DNA of 64,000 nt from a virus (Duplodnaviria > Caudoviricetes): the IMG/VR virus record IMGVR_UViG_3300020431_000005, positions 49,898-113,897 of that record. One strand, written 5' to 3'. Within the stretch, counting starts at the first letter, position 1; each line of letters opens with the position of its first letter. The notes under the pieces were generated by a model. It ran no database searches. It worked only from the letters and a program-made list of their open reading frames with translations, and was not told where the DNA came from. Positions 55,958-64,000 of this stretch are shown here, in pieces. The translations under genes were made by a program, and so were the position numbers.

Positions 55958-57958
55958 ATGGAAGATCAAATTTATATAGTAACTCTCTATGATAGAGAAG
56001 AATTGCAAAAATTTTATAATGAGATGCAGCTTACTGGATTTCCTTTGGTGTTGAAGCGTCCTATGAGTAGGAACACACACTATATGATGACAGCAGAACA
56101 GGCAGAAAAATTACGTCAAGATCCTAGAGTGTGGGGTGTTGAACGTGCTGATGATTTACATGTTAGATCTCAAAACATTATTAGTATTAATAATGAACCA
56201 TATTCTGTCGATGGAGATTTTTCAAAGTCGGGATCAAATTCTTCTTATTTTCAATGGGGACATTTACATTGTGCTGGAACACAAGCACAAAGACGAAAAG
56301 GTTCCTGGGGATCTGGTGTTATTAACGATGGAGTAAATGTTTTTAATAGTGGAAAACATGTTGATGTTGTTATTGTTGATGATCCAATGGGATATGATGC
56401 AGAAGAGTGGTATAGTCCTTCGACTGGAGCAACGAGATTTGTTCAGTATCAATGGTTTAATGAACTGAATACTATTGTCAATAGTATTGATGACGACTTC
56501 CAATCGGAACCTACTGGAACAATTACTTATCATCAAACTGCTAGTAATCCGGATTATCATGGAATGCATGTTGGTGGAACCGTGGCAGGTCAGCACTATG
56601 GGTGGGCAAGAGAAGCAAACATTTACAATGTGGCAGTTACTGGAAGTTGGCAGTCTGGTCAGTCAATAGGTCCTTATCTTATCTACGATTATCTTAGAGC
56701 ATTTCATAAAAATAAACCAGTAAATCCTGAAACTGGAGAGAGGAATCCAACTATTACCAATCATAGTTATGGTGGAATTTACTATACTCCTAATGAGAAT
56801 CTTCAACTGTCTGATATTAGCAATGTTGTATGGCAAGGCGTGACATATACATCTAGCAGTCCTGGTCCTAGTGGATGGACTACTTCTGGATTATCAGCAG
56901 ACTTTGGAATACGATTTGGGGTGGATACTATTCCAGCATACTCAGCAGGTATCGCTGCTGATGTTCAGGATGCTATTGATGATGGTGTTGTGATTATTGG
57001 TGCTGCTGGAAATGATAACATGCTGATAGCAGCACCAGGGGATGATAACTGGAACAATACAGCAACTATTGGTGGTTCATCTCGGTATCTTTGTAGGGGA
57101 GCATGGCCTAATACTCCCGATACTGATGTAATTAATGTTGGAGCACTTGATAAAAGTAGTAATTTTAAAAGAGCAACATTCACACAGTTTGGTCCTGGTG
57201 TAGATGTTTTTGCTCCTGGTGTTTATATACTTTCCTCTTTTAATAACCAAGGATTTACTGACTCAAAATACACACAAGGATCTGGAAATTATTATTATCC
57301 TATTCAAGGAACAAGTATGGCATCTCCGCAAGTATGTGGAGTGATGGCATGTCTTGCTACTGGAAAAAGAAGATTTACAAATGCAGATGTGAGAGGTTAT
57401 CTTGAAAAAATGTCAATCAAGGGGGACATGACATTTGATATTAATGGTGGTGGATTAGGTGATAATACTTGTAGACAGGGAAGTCCCAATATGTATCTAC
57501 ATATAGAAAATCCAAGACAAGCATCCGGATTTATTAGTGATGATTTAAGAGGAAAACGCACGACTGGAATGACTTTTCCCAGAAAAGTGACGTATTATCA
57601 GGAACCATTTACTGATGGTTCGCAAACTTATGAGATTGCTGTCGGTAATGTTGGAGCAAGTTCTTATGTAATGACAGGAAATCATGCAAATGGTTCCTTC
57701 GCAAACCAGAATGATCCGCCAATATATTTAAATGTTGGAGACACCGTAATATTTAATGTAACCGCTTCTGGACATCCATTTTGGATAAAATTTAGTCCTT
57801 CAACTGGAGTTGGTAATAGTGTGAGTGTAGGAACAACTGGTCAAGGAACTACAAATGGACCAGTTACTTGGGATACTACTGGAGCTCCAGGTGGAACATA
57901 TTATTATATTTGTCAGTACCATGGTTCTATGTATGGTCCTATCATTCTCTCTCCTTGA
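55958..57958 (+). CDS. S8 subtilisin-like protease with C-terminal cupredoxin-like domain
   Basis: Triad motifs VDVVIVDD / HGMHVGG / GTSMASP, oxyanion AAGN; C-terminal GHPF...YYYICQYHGSM. Confidence 0.85.
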   Translation: MEDQIYIVTLYDREELQKFYNEMQLTGFPLVLKRPMSRNTHYMMTAEQAEKLRQDPRVWGVERADDLHVRSQNIISINNEPYSVDGDFSKSGSNSSYFQWGHLHCAGTQAQRRKGSWGSGVINDGVNVFNSGKHVDVVIVDDPMGYDAEEWYSPSTGATRFVQYQWFNELNTIVNSIDDDFQSEPTGTITYHQTASNPDYHGMHVGGTVAGQHYGWAREANIYNVAVTGSWQSGQSIGPYLIYDYLRAFHKNKPVNPETGERNPTITNHSYGGIYYTPNENLQLSDISNVVWQGVTYTSSSPGPSGWTTSGLSADFGIRFGVDTIPAYSAGIAADVQDAIDDGVVIIGAAGNDNMLIAAPGDDNWNNTATIGGSSRYLCRGAWPNTPDTDVINVGALDKSSNFKRATFTQFGPGVDVFAPGVYILSSFNNQGFTDSKYTQGSGNYYYPIQGTSMASPQVCGVMACLATGKRRFTNADVRGYLEKMSIKGDMTFDINGGGLGDNTCRQGSPNMYLHIENPRQASGFISDDLRGKRTTGMTFPRKVTYYQEPFTDGSQTYEIAVGNVGASSYVMTGNHANGSFANQNDPPIYLNVGDTVIFNVTASGHPFWIKFSPSTGVGNSVSVGTTGQGTTNGPVTWDTTGAPGGTYYYICQYHGSMYGPIILSP

Positions 57959-57960
57959 GG

Positions 57961-57968
57961 CATAAATA
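57961..57968 (+). promoter_or_regulatory. Late promoter
   Basis: CATAAATA. Confidence 0.55.
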
Positions 57969-58002
57969 AACACGAGCACTAGTACCCATTTGGTTTAGTT
58001 AG

Positions 58003-61000
58003 ATGTCTGATAGATTTCCTCTTATTGTTAATGCCGTATCAAAGAAAATTGAAGAACTTGTATCGGGAGACAATCTGGAATTAACTGGCAATGGAATTGT
58101 TATTAGTGGCGATACTGGTTCTGGTAAATATCTTACGAGTGATGGAAGTAATGTCGCTTGGGGAATTCCTGGTGATGTTTTTCTTGATGCGACTCAGAAT
58201 GTATCTAATAAGACACTACAATTATGTACTATTTCTGGATCCAATAATTCTATTACGAATATCCCCAACAGCTCTCTAGTTAATTCTGGTTTTGTTGTTA
58301 ATGGTGAAACTGTTTCTCTTGGTGGATCTCTTACTCTTTCTGATACCAATACAACTTATAGTATTTCAATACAAAATTCTGTAGTTACTACAGAGAAAAT
58401 TATTAGACTTCTTGATAGTGATGATAATAATGATGACATTAAAATTGCAGTTGGTCCTCCTGCATCTGTACCTAGTGGATACAATGCGTTAGAATTATTT
58501 GTAGATAATGTTAGTGATAGTATTACTATATCTGGGTATGTACCGGATAATAATACTATTACTACTATTGAGTCTGCTACTGGCGGTAGTGCTGTAAGCG
58601 GTGCTGTAATTTTAACTGCTGGTAATTTCACTACCATTAGTCAAACAGGTAATACGATTACAGTTTCGGGTCAAGATACTGATACGATTACAAGAATTAG
58701 AGCAACTACAGGTCAAACCGCTGTTTCTGGAAACTTTACATTCTTAGCAAGTGGTTCAGCTTCTGTATCACAGGGGGTAGATGCTAGTGGTGATCCTACT
58801 ATTACAGTGGGATCTACAAATACAGTAACTAGAATAAAAGGTGGAGCTTCTGGATCTCTTACTAGTGGAGATATTGATTTTACTGGTGGTACTAATGTAA
58901 CAGTTTCACAATCTGGTAATAGTATTACAGTTGAGTCTACCGATACAAATGATGTAACTAAATTTGGTGCAAACTCAGAGACACTGGCATTCGGTGATTT
59001 TAGATTACTTGCTGCTGGTGCTGCTAATATCACTACGGCAACAAATAGTGGTGTAAAAGAGATTACTATTAGTTCTGTTAATACTGATACTGGTGCTAGT
59101 CTAACTGCATCGGGTGGTGTTGTTAAAACTTCGGAAGATTTTTCTCTTAAAAATAATACAAATTTTGTTGGTAATACTGTTATTAAATGGGATAGTGGAA
59201 ATAATCAATTATCTAATAGTATTATTCAGGACGATGGCAGTACTGTAACTATTGGTGGCGATCTGATAATAACAGGAACTCAAACTATACTAGAGACACA
59301 GACTTTAATTGTCGAAGATAATATTATTGAGATGAGAAGGGGTGCAAATCTTACTTCTACTGATGGTGGTATCCAAGTTAACTTAACTACCAATTCTAGT
59401 GGCGATGTTATTTCATATAGACAACTTCAATGGAATAACTCTGGTGGGTATTGGAGATCGTGGGACGGATCAGTTGATAATAGATTTGTAACAGAAACTG
59501 AAACTCAAATTCTATCAAATAAAACATTACAAAACCCCACACTAAATTCTCCAACTCTTGGAAATGCTACAGCAACTGCTATTAATGGACTTGAAATTGT
59601 TAGCACTGCATCAGCAACTTTAGATATTGCATCTGGAAAAACTCTCGATGTTAATCGAGATCTTGTTTTAACTTCTGATAATAATAGTGGATCTGTAACT
59701 GTCAACGTTAGAAACGGAGGCAATCTTGCAATGACCTCTGATACATTGGCAACGTTTGCATCTACTACATCTACACAAATGCGTGGTGTTGTTTCTGATA
59801 GTACAGGAACTGGATCACTTATGTTTAGTACTAATCCAAGTGTTGTTAGTGGAATTACAACTGGATCATCTGGATTAACATTATTCAATGCTAATGCTAC
59901 TTCCATTACTGCATTTGGTGCAGCAGATCAATTAATAATTGGTAATGCTGGGGGAATTACAAAATTAAATCAAGATCTTCATGTGTACGAAGATCTTGAA
60001 ATCGGTGTTAATGACAGCGGAACTATTACAGATGGTAATGTGATTGTTCATGGGCAATTAGATTTAAGAGAGAATGATCTTCTTATTCGTGGCACTGCTA
60101 CGAACCCCATGAGAATAGGAAGAGGAATTGGTGAGGTTAACACTAACACTGCTGTTGGTGTACGATCAATTAATTCTGTTTCTAGTGGATCTCAGAACAC
60201 TGCTTTGGGATTTGAGACATTATTAACAGCAAATACTGGCGCATCTAATACTGCTATTGGTAATAGAGCATTAAGAGCATGTGGTATCGGATCTAGGAAC
60301 GTTGCTCTCGGTAAAGATTCTCTTCTTACAAATCTTTCTGGTGATAATAATGTTTCTATCGGTGCTGATAGCATGGTTGGAAATAGTACCGGTTCTAATA
60401 ATATTTGTATTGGATACTATGCTGGATATGCACTGACTGGTAATGGTAATGTTATTATTGGTCCTGCCGATGATGAAAATTCTACAAATGCTACTTATAT
60501 TCCACCTGTTCCTGGTGGCAATAGACAGTTAGTTATTGGATCTGGAACTGAAGCATGGATTAGAGGAGATGATACATTTAAAGTTACTGTTCCAAATGAT
60601 CTAAATGTATCTGGGGATCTAGAACTTGGTGGATCACTTACAGTTAATGGTACTGTTACTACTATTAATTCAAACGTTGTGTCTGTTGACGATAAAGAGA
60701 TTGAACTTGCTTCTGTTGGAGCAGCAACATTTACTGCAGTCACACAAAATAATAGTGATACAATTACTGCTGTCACTCCATCTGCAGGACTAATTCCTGG
60801 TATGGAAGTCACATCTTCTACTGGTGGAATTAGTGTTCCTCCTAATACTATTATTTCATCTATCTCTGGAAACACTGCCATTCTTTCTGCATCTGTTACT
60901 GGCGAAGGAACTGCGACGTTTACATCTCCTGGTGCTACAGATTTGACAGCAAATGGTGGAGGTATTCGTGTCTTAGGAACCTCTGATAAGAGAATTTACT

Positions 61001-61572
61001 ATGATCACTCAAGAACCGATAAGTATTGGGTGATGTCCGAGAACCTTGAGATTCCTTTCGGTAAGAAGTTTGTTATTGGAAATCAACTAGCACTTAGTGC
61101 AAGTTCACTTGGTTCTACAATTGTTAACTCTTCTCTGACATCGGTCGGAACACTTACTAGTTTGGAGGTTGATGGATCTCTTACTATCGGTGGTGTGGTC
61201 ACTGAGAAAGTATTTAATAATTACAGTACTGTACTTACTCCATCTGCTAGCGTTCTTACAGTTAATGTTGCTGGTGCTAACACAATTTGTGGAACACCTG
61301 CAGCAGCGCAGATTGATGAGTGGGCATTCACTGGAGTTGGATTATCCAACGGTCAATCTAAGACTATTACATTAATCCTTTCAGCAAATACCGCTGCTAT
61401 ATATGGTGATGACTGTAGTGTTGATGGCACAGCAATTACTAATGGTGTCCAGTGGTCTGGAGGTTCTCCTCCAATTGCAACATCAAACACTGATATACTT
61501 ACTTTTATTATAGTAACCGATAACTCTGGTGTAACTAAAGTATTCGGACAAGGTAATACGGACTTTAGCTGA
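58003..61572 (+). CDS. Large virion structural/tail-fibre protein
   Basis: MSDRFPLI start, Ser/Thr/Gly-rich, NTAVG/NTALG/NTAIG/NVALG adhesin-like repeats. Confidence 0.75.
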   Translation: MSDRFPLIVNAVSKKIEELVSGDNLELTGNGIVISGDTGSGKYLTSDGSNVAWGIPGDVFLDATQNVSNKTLQLCTISGSNNSITNIPNSSLVNSGFVVNGETVSLGGSLTLSDTNTTYSISIQNSVVTTEKIIRLLDSDDNNDDIKIAVGPPASVPSGYNALELFVDNVSDSITISGYVPDNNTITTIESATGGSAVSGAVILTAGNFTTISQTGNTITVSGQDTDTITRIRATTGQTAVSGNFTFLASGSASVSQGVDASGDPTITVGSTNTVTRIKGGASGSLTSGDIDFTGGTNVTVSQSGNSITVESTDTNDVTKFGANSETLAFGDFRLLAAGAANITTATNSGVKEITISSVNTDTGASLTASGGVVKTSEDFSLKNNTNFVGNTVIKWDSGNNQLSNSIIQDDGSTVTIGGDLIITGTQTILETQTLIVEDNIIEMRRGANLTSTDGGIQVNLTTNSSGDVISYRQLQWNNSGGYWRSWDGSVDNRFVTETETQILSNKTLQNPTLNSPTLGNATATAINGLEIVSTASATLDIASGKTLDVNRDLVLTSDNNSGSVTVNVRNGGNLAMTSDTLATFASTTSTQMRGVVSDSTGTGSLMFSTNPSVVSGITTGSSGLTLFNANATSITAFGAADQLIIGNAGGITKLNQDLHVYEDLEIGVNDSGTITDGNVIVHGQLDLRENDLLIRGTATNPMRIGRGIGEVNTNTAVGVRSINSVSSGSQNTALGFETLLTANTGASNTAIGNRALRACGIGSRNVALGKDSLLTNLSGDNNVSIGADSMVGNSTGSNNICIGYYAGYALTGNGNVIIGPADDENSTNATYIPPVPGGNRQLVIGSGTEAWIRGDDTFKVTVPNDLNVSGDLELGGSLTVNGTVTTINSNVVSVDDKEIELASVGAATFTAVTQNNSDTITAVTPSAGLIPGMEVTSSTGGISVPPNTIISSISGNTAILSASVTGEGTATFTSPGATDLTANGGGIRVLGTSDKRIYYDHSRTDKYWVMSENLEIPFGKKFVIGNQLALSASSLGSTIVNSSLTSVGTLTSLEVDGSLTIGGVVTEKVFNNYSTVLTPSASVLTVNVAGANTICGTPAAAQIDEWAFTGVGLSNGQSKTITLILSANTAAIYGDDCSVDGTAITNGVQWSGGSPPIATSNTDILTFIIVTDNSGVTKVFGQGNTDFS

Positions 61573-61582
61573 GGATAGATAA

Positions 61583-64000
61583 ATGCCAGTAGGTTTTAAT
61601 AGTCCTGCCAGAAACCTTTTCCTTTTAGGTTCATCCGGGCAGCAAGTTGTAACAAATTTCTTTGAGGCAATTGATAAGTCAGCAGGCACTGATGGTGTCT
61701 ATATTCCTGACGAGATTAGATATATTGCCTCTAGTCAAAAGTATGCTCTCGCTGGAACTGCAGCAGACAGCAACTCGAAAAATTTTGGGTGGTTGGAGAG
61801 ACAGGACTATGATTTAGAAACAGGGTCTCTCACTACAGATTATTCTAATAGGATTGAATCAACCCAATCGGGTGTTAATACAACTCTACGTGCTATGGAG
61901 TTGGATTCTAATGACAATCTAATTGTTGTTGGTAAAACGGGTACTGTTCCATGGATTGCTAAGTATTCTAATGGTGGTTCTATTGAATGGTCAACAACAA
62001 CCAACACTGCAAACTTAGAATATTTTGATGTTGCATCTGATAGTAATGGAAGATATTATGCTTGTGGTAGAACACCTCTAACTGCTAGTGATACACAAGC
62101 ATTTGTAGAAAGTTTTGATGAATATGGAAACCCTAGATGGGGTAAGCAGGCGTACATGCTGGGCAGAGAGGTTACTACTATTGCTATTGATGCCAATAAC
62201 CAAGGACATGTTGTCGCTGTTGGATATCTAGAAGACGATACTAGAGACAAAGGATATATTATTAAGATTAACACTGCCACTGGTAATGTTATGTGGGACA
62301 GAACATTAAGTTCTGGTGTAGACTTAAAATGCACAGATGTTTTTATTGACAGTAAAGATCAGATTTTTGTGACTGCAAATGATGATACTAATGGATATCT
62401 TGTAAAGTATACTGCTGAAGGTAATATGATATGGCAGAAGAAAACTAATCAATCTGCTGGTACGTTATCCCATCTTCAAGTACAGTCTGATGGTGAGACT
62501 GAACAAACCATTGTCTTTGGAAATTATGAATATAATGGAGATCAGTCTGGAGTACTGAGTAAGTATGCAAAGGATGGCAGACTAGTCTTCCGAAGAACTA
62601 TGGTTAGTTCTAACAATAATTCTGATACATTTGATAATATTTGTTTAGATGCTGACGCATCATTTTACTACTTCATGTATACTGATCAAACTGAAAGTGG
62701 ATTTGCTGGAACCCCAGATGCATATATTTTTGGTAAAGTAAGTAGTTCTGGCAATGGTCTTGGTGCATTCCAATATGAAGATGGAACAGGAACAACTATT
62801 GACTACGAGATTCTTAATACGGGAGATACTATTGGTAGATTATCAGATGGTTCTGTGAGGAATGATACAAGTGATTTAATTACCTATCCATTCACTGCTA
62901 ACAAACTAGTCTTTGATGACCTTGCTACTCATGTCTCTAACAAGAGGAGACAGATGGATGGTCCTGGTAGCTTTGAATATAGTGGTAGTCCTGCTATTAG
63001 AGTTGCTGACTTCCAAGAACTGAACTTGGGAACAGAATTTAATACTACTAATATTTCAGTAACTACTTCTGGTCCTCCTGTAAATCAAGCAGAATTCACA
63101 ACAACTGGATCTTTCAGTTGGACTGCTCCTACTGGTGTAACTTCAGTAAGTGTAGTCGCTATTGGTGGTGGTGGTGGAGGTAATCTTTATAATAGTAATT
63201 ATAACACTGGTGGTGGAGGCGGTGGTCTTGGATGGAGAAATAATATTAGCGTAACTCCAGGTCAGGCATACACGGTGGTTGTTGGTGCGGGCGGCGCAGG
63301 AGCTTCTGGTTCTGGTAGTGCTGGTAGTTCTGGTTCTGAATCATATTTTGTTAATTCAGGTACTGTTAGTGGTGGTGGAGGCGGTGGTGCAAATCCAAAT
63401 GGTGGTTCTGGTGGCACTTTCACTGGAGATGGTGGTGGTAATGGTGGAGTAGGTGGTCAGGTAACAAACACTAGTCCTGTTGGAGCTGTTGTTGGTGGTG
63501 GAGGTGGTGCTGGTGGTTATTCTGGAAATGGTGGAGCAGGTGGTGTGAACGAAGCTGTTAGTGGACAAAATCCGTCGGGGGATGGCGCTGGCGGCGGTGG
63601 TGGTGGCGGTATTCAATTTTATGGTGGTGGTGTAGGAATATTCGGTCAAGGATCTAATGGTTCTGGTGTATCTGGCAACGCTGGCACAGGTGGTGGTGGA
63701 TCTGGTGCGACTGATGAAGTATATGGTGGAGGTGCTGGATATAATGTAACTGGAGCTGATGGTGCCGTAAGAATTATTTGGGGTACTGGTAGATCATTCC
63801 CGTCTACACTGACAGCAGATCAAACTCCTTCTGCAGGTGGACCTATTACTACCACAGAAACTGTATACACAGCTTTAGATCAATCAGGTAATGGTAATGA
63901 TGGTGTAGCAGATGGTGCCACCCTCAACGCATCTGGATACTGGGAGTTTGATGGGACGAATGACATTATTGATCTAGGATCAACACCTTTGGTTGCTAGT
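61583..64000 (+). CDS. Large virion protein, 3'-truncated (beta-propeller-like repeats, Gly-rich domain, probable LamG/ConA start); not in ORF track
   Basis: MPVGFNSPARNLFLLG...; repeated D..G...W units; VAIGGGGGG...GADGAVRIIW Gly-rich module at about 63.1-63.8 kb; appears to read open to the window end. Confidence 0.75.
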   Translation, partial: MPVGFNSPARNLFLLGSSGQQVVTNFFEAIDKSAGTDGVYIPDEIRYIASSQKYALAGTAADSNSKNFGWLERQDYDLETGSLTTDYSNRIESTQSGVNTTLRAMELDSNDNLIVVGKTGTVPWIAKYSNGGSIEWSTTTNTANLEYFDVASDSNGRYYACGRTPLTASDTQAFVESFDEYGNPRWGKQAYMLGREVTTIAIDANNQGHVVAVGYLEDDTRDKGYIIKINTATGNVMWDRTLSSGVDLKCTDVFIDSKDQIFVTANDDTNGYLVKYTAEGNMIWQKKTNQSAGTLSHLQVQSDGETEQTIVFGNYEYNGDQSGVLSKYAKDGRLVFRRTMVSSNNNSDTFDNICLDADASFYYFMYTDQTESGFAGTPDAYIFGKVSSSGNGLGAFQYEDGTGTTIDYEILNTGDTIGRLSDGSVRNDTSDLITYPFTANKLVFDDLATHVSNKRRQMDGPGSFEYSGSPAIRVADFQELNLGTEFNTTNISVTTSGPPVNQAEFTTTGSFSWTAPTGVTSVSVVAIGGGGGGNLYNSNYNTGGGGGGLGWRNNISVTPGQAYTVVVGAGGAGASGSGSAGSSGSESYFVNSGTVSGGGGGGANPNGGSGGTFTGDGGGNGGVGGQVTNTSPVGAVVGGGGGAGGYSGNGGAGGVNEAVSGQNPSGDGAGGGGGGGIQFYGGGVGIFGQGSNGSGVSGNAGTGGGGSGATDEVYGGGAGYNVTGADGAVRIIWGTGRSFPSTLTADQTPSAGGPITTTETVYTALDQSGNGNDGVADGATLNASGYWEFDGTNDIIDLGSTPLVAS

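Noticed and set aside
63160-63790. GGT/GGC-rich repeats as a possible tandem array or CRISPR
   Set aside because: They encode a Gly-rich domain of the last virion protein; no repeat-spacer periodicity was seen anywhere in the window

Overview
This window is a 64-kb segment of a T4-like cyanomyovirus genome (Kyanoviridae-type). The auxiliary genes petE, talC, speD, mazG and hsp20 and the tRNA set point to a marine picocyanobacterial host, probably Synechococcus. Essentially every real gene is on the + strand. Gene order: end of gp15, gp16, a ~3.7-kb accessory island (petE, a degenerate gnd N-domain, a chain of micro membrane ORFs including an NdhP-like peptide missed by the ORF track, an SNase-like nuclease), gp17-gp23 head/tail module, gp3-uvsY-uvsW, gp55-gp47-gp46, a vWA/peptidase + MoxR (cobS-like) pair, gp45-speD-gp44-dam-gp62-regA-hsp20, gp43-uvsX-gp41-mazG, a late module (putative nuclease, ligase-like protein, HxGH-type nucleotidyltransferase, putative internal head proteins), gp61-nrdA-nrdB, a GIY-YIG nuclease and cell-wall hydrolase, tRNA-Arg/Leu/Val, talC, a manA-like structured RNA, a 2OG-Fe(II) oxygenase, tRNA-Gly, and large virion/tail-fibre genes including an S8 protease-cupredoxin fusion. 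Best candidates for undescribed biology: (1) the 37.3-40.2 kb module, whose 400-aa hypothetical carries RNA/DNA-ligase nucleotidyltransferase-like motifs and is coupled to an HxGH-type transferase behind a hairpin-gated late promoter; (2) NdhP-like (and possibly NdhQ-like) micro-proteins beside petE; (3) an overprinted membrane ORF inside the GIY-YIG gene; (4) a back-to-back antisense sigma70 promoter at gp55. All family calls come from motif recognition and recalled homologues, not database searches.
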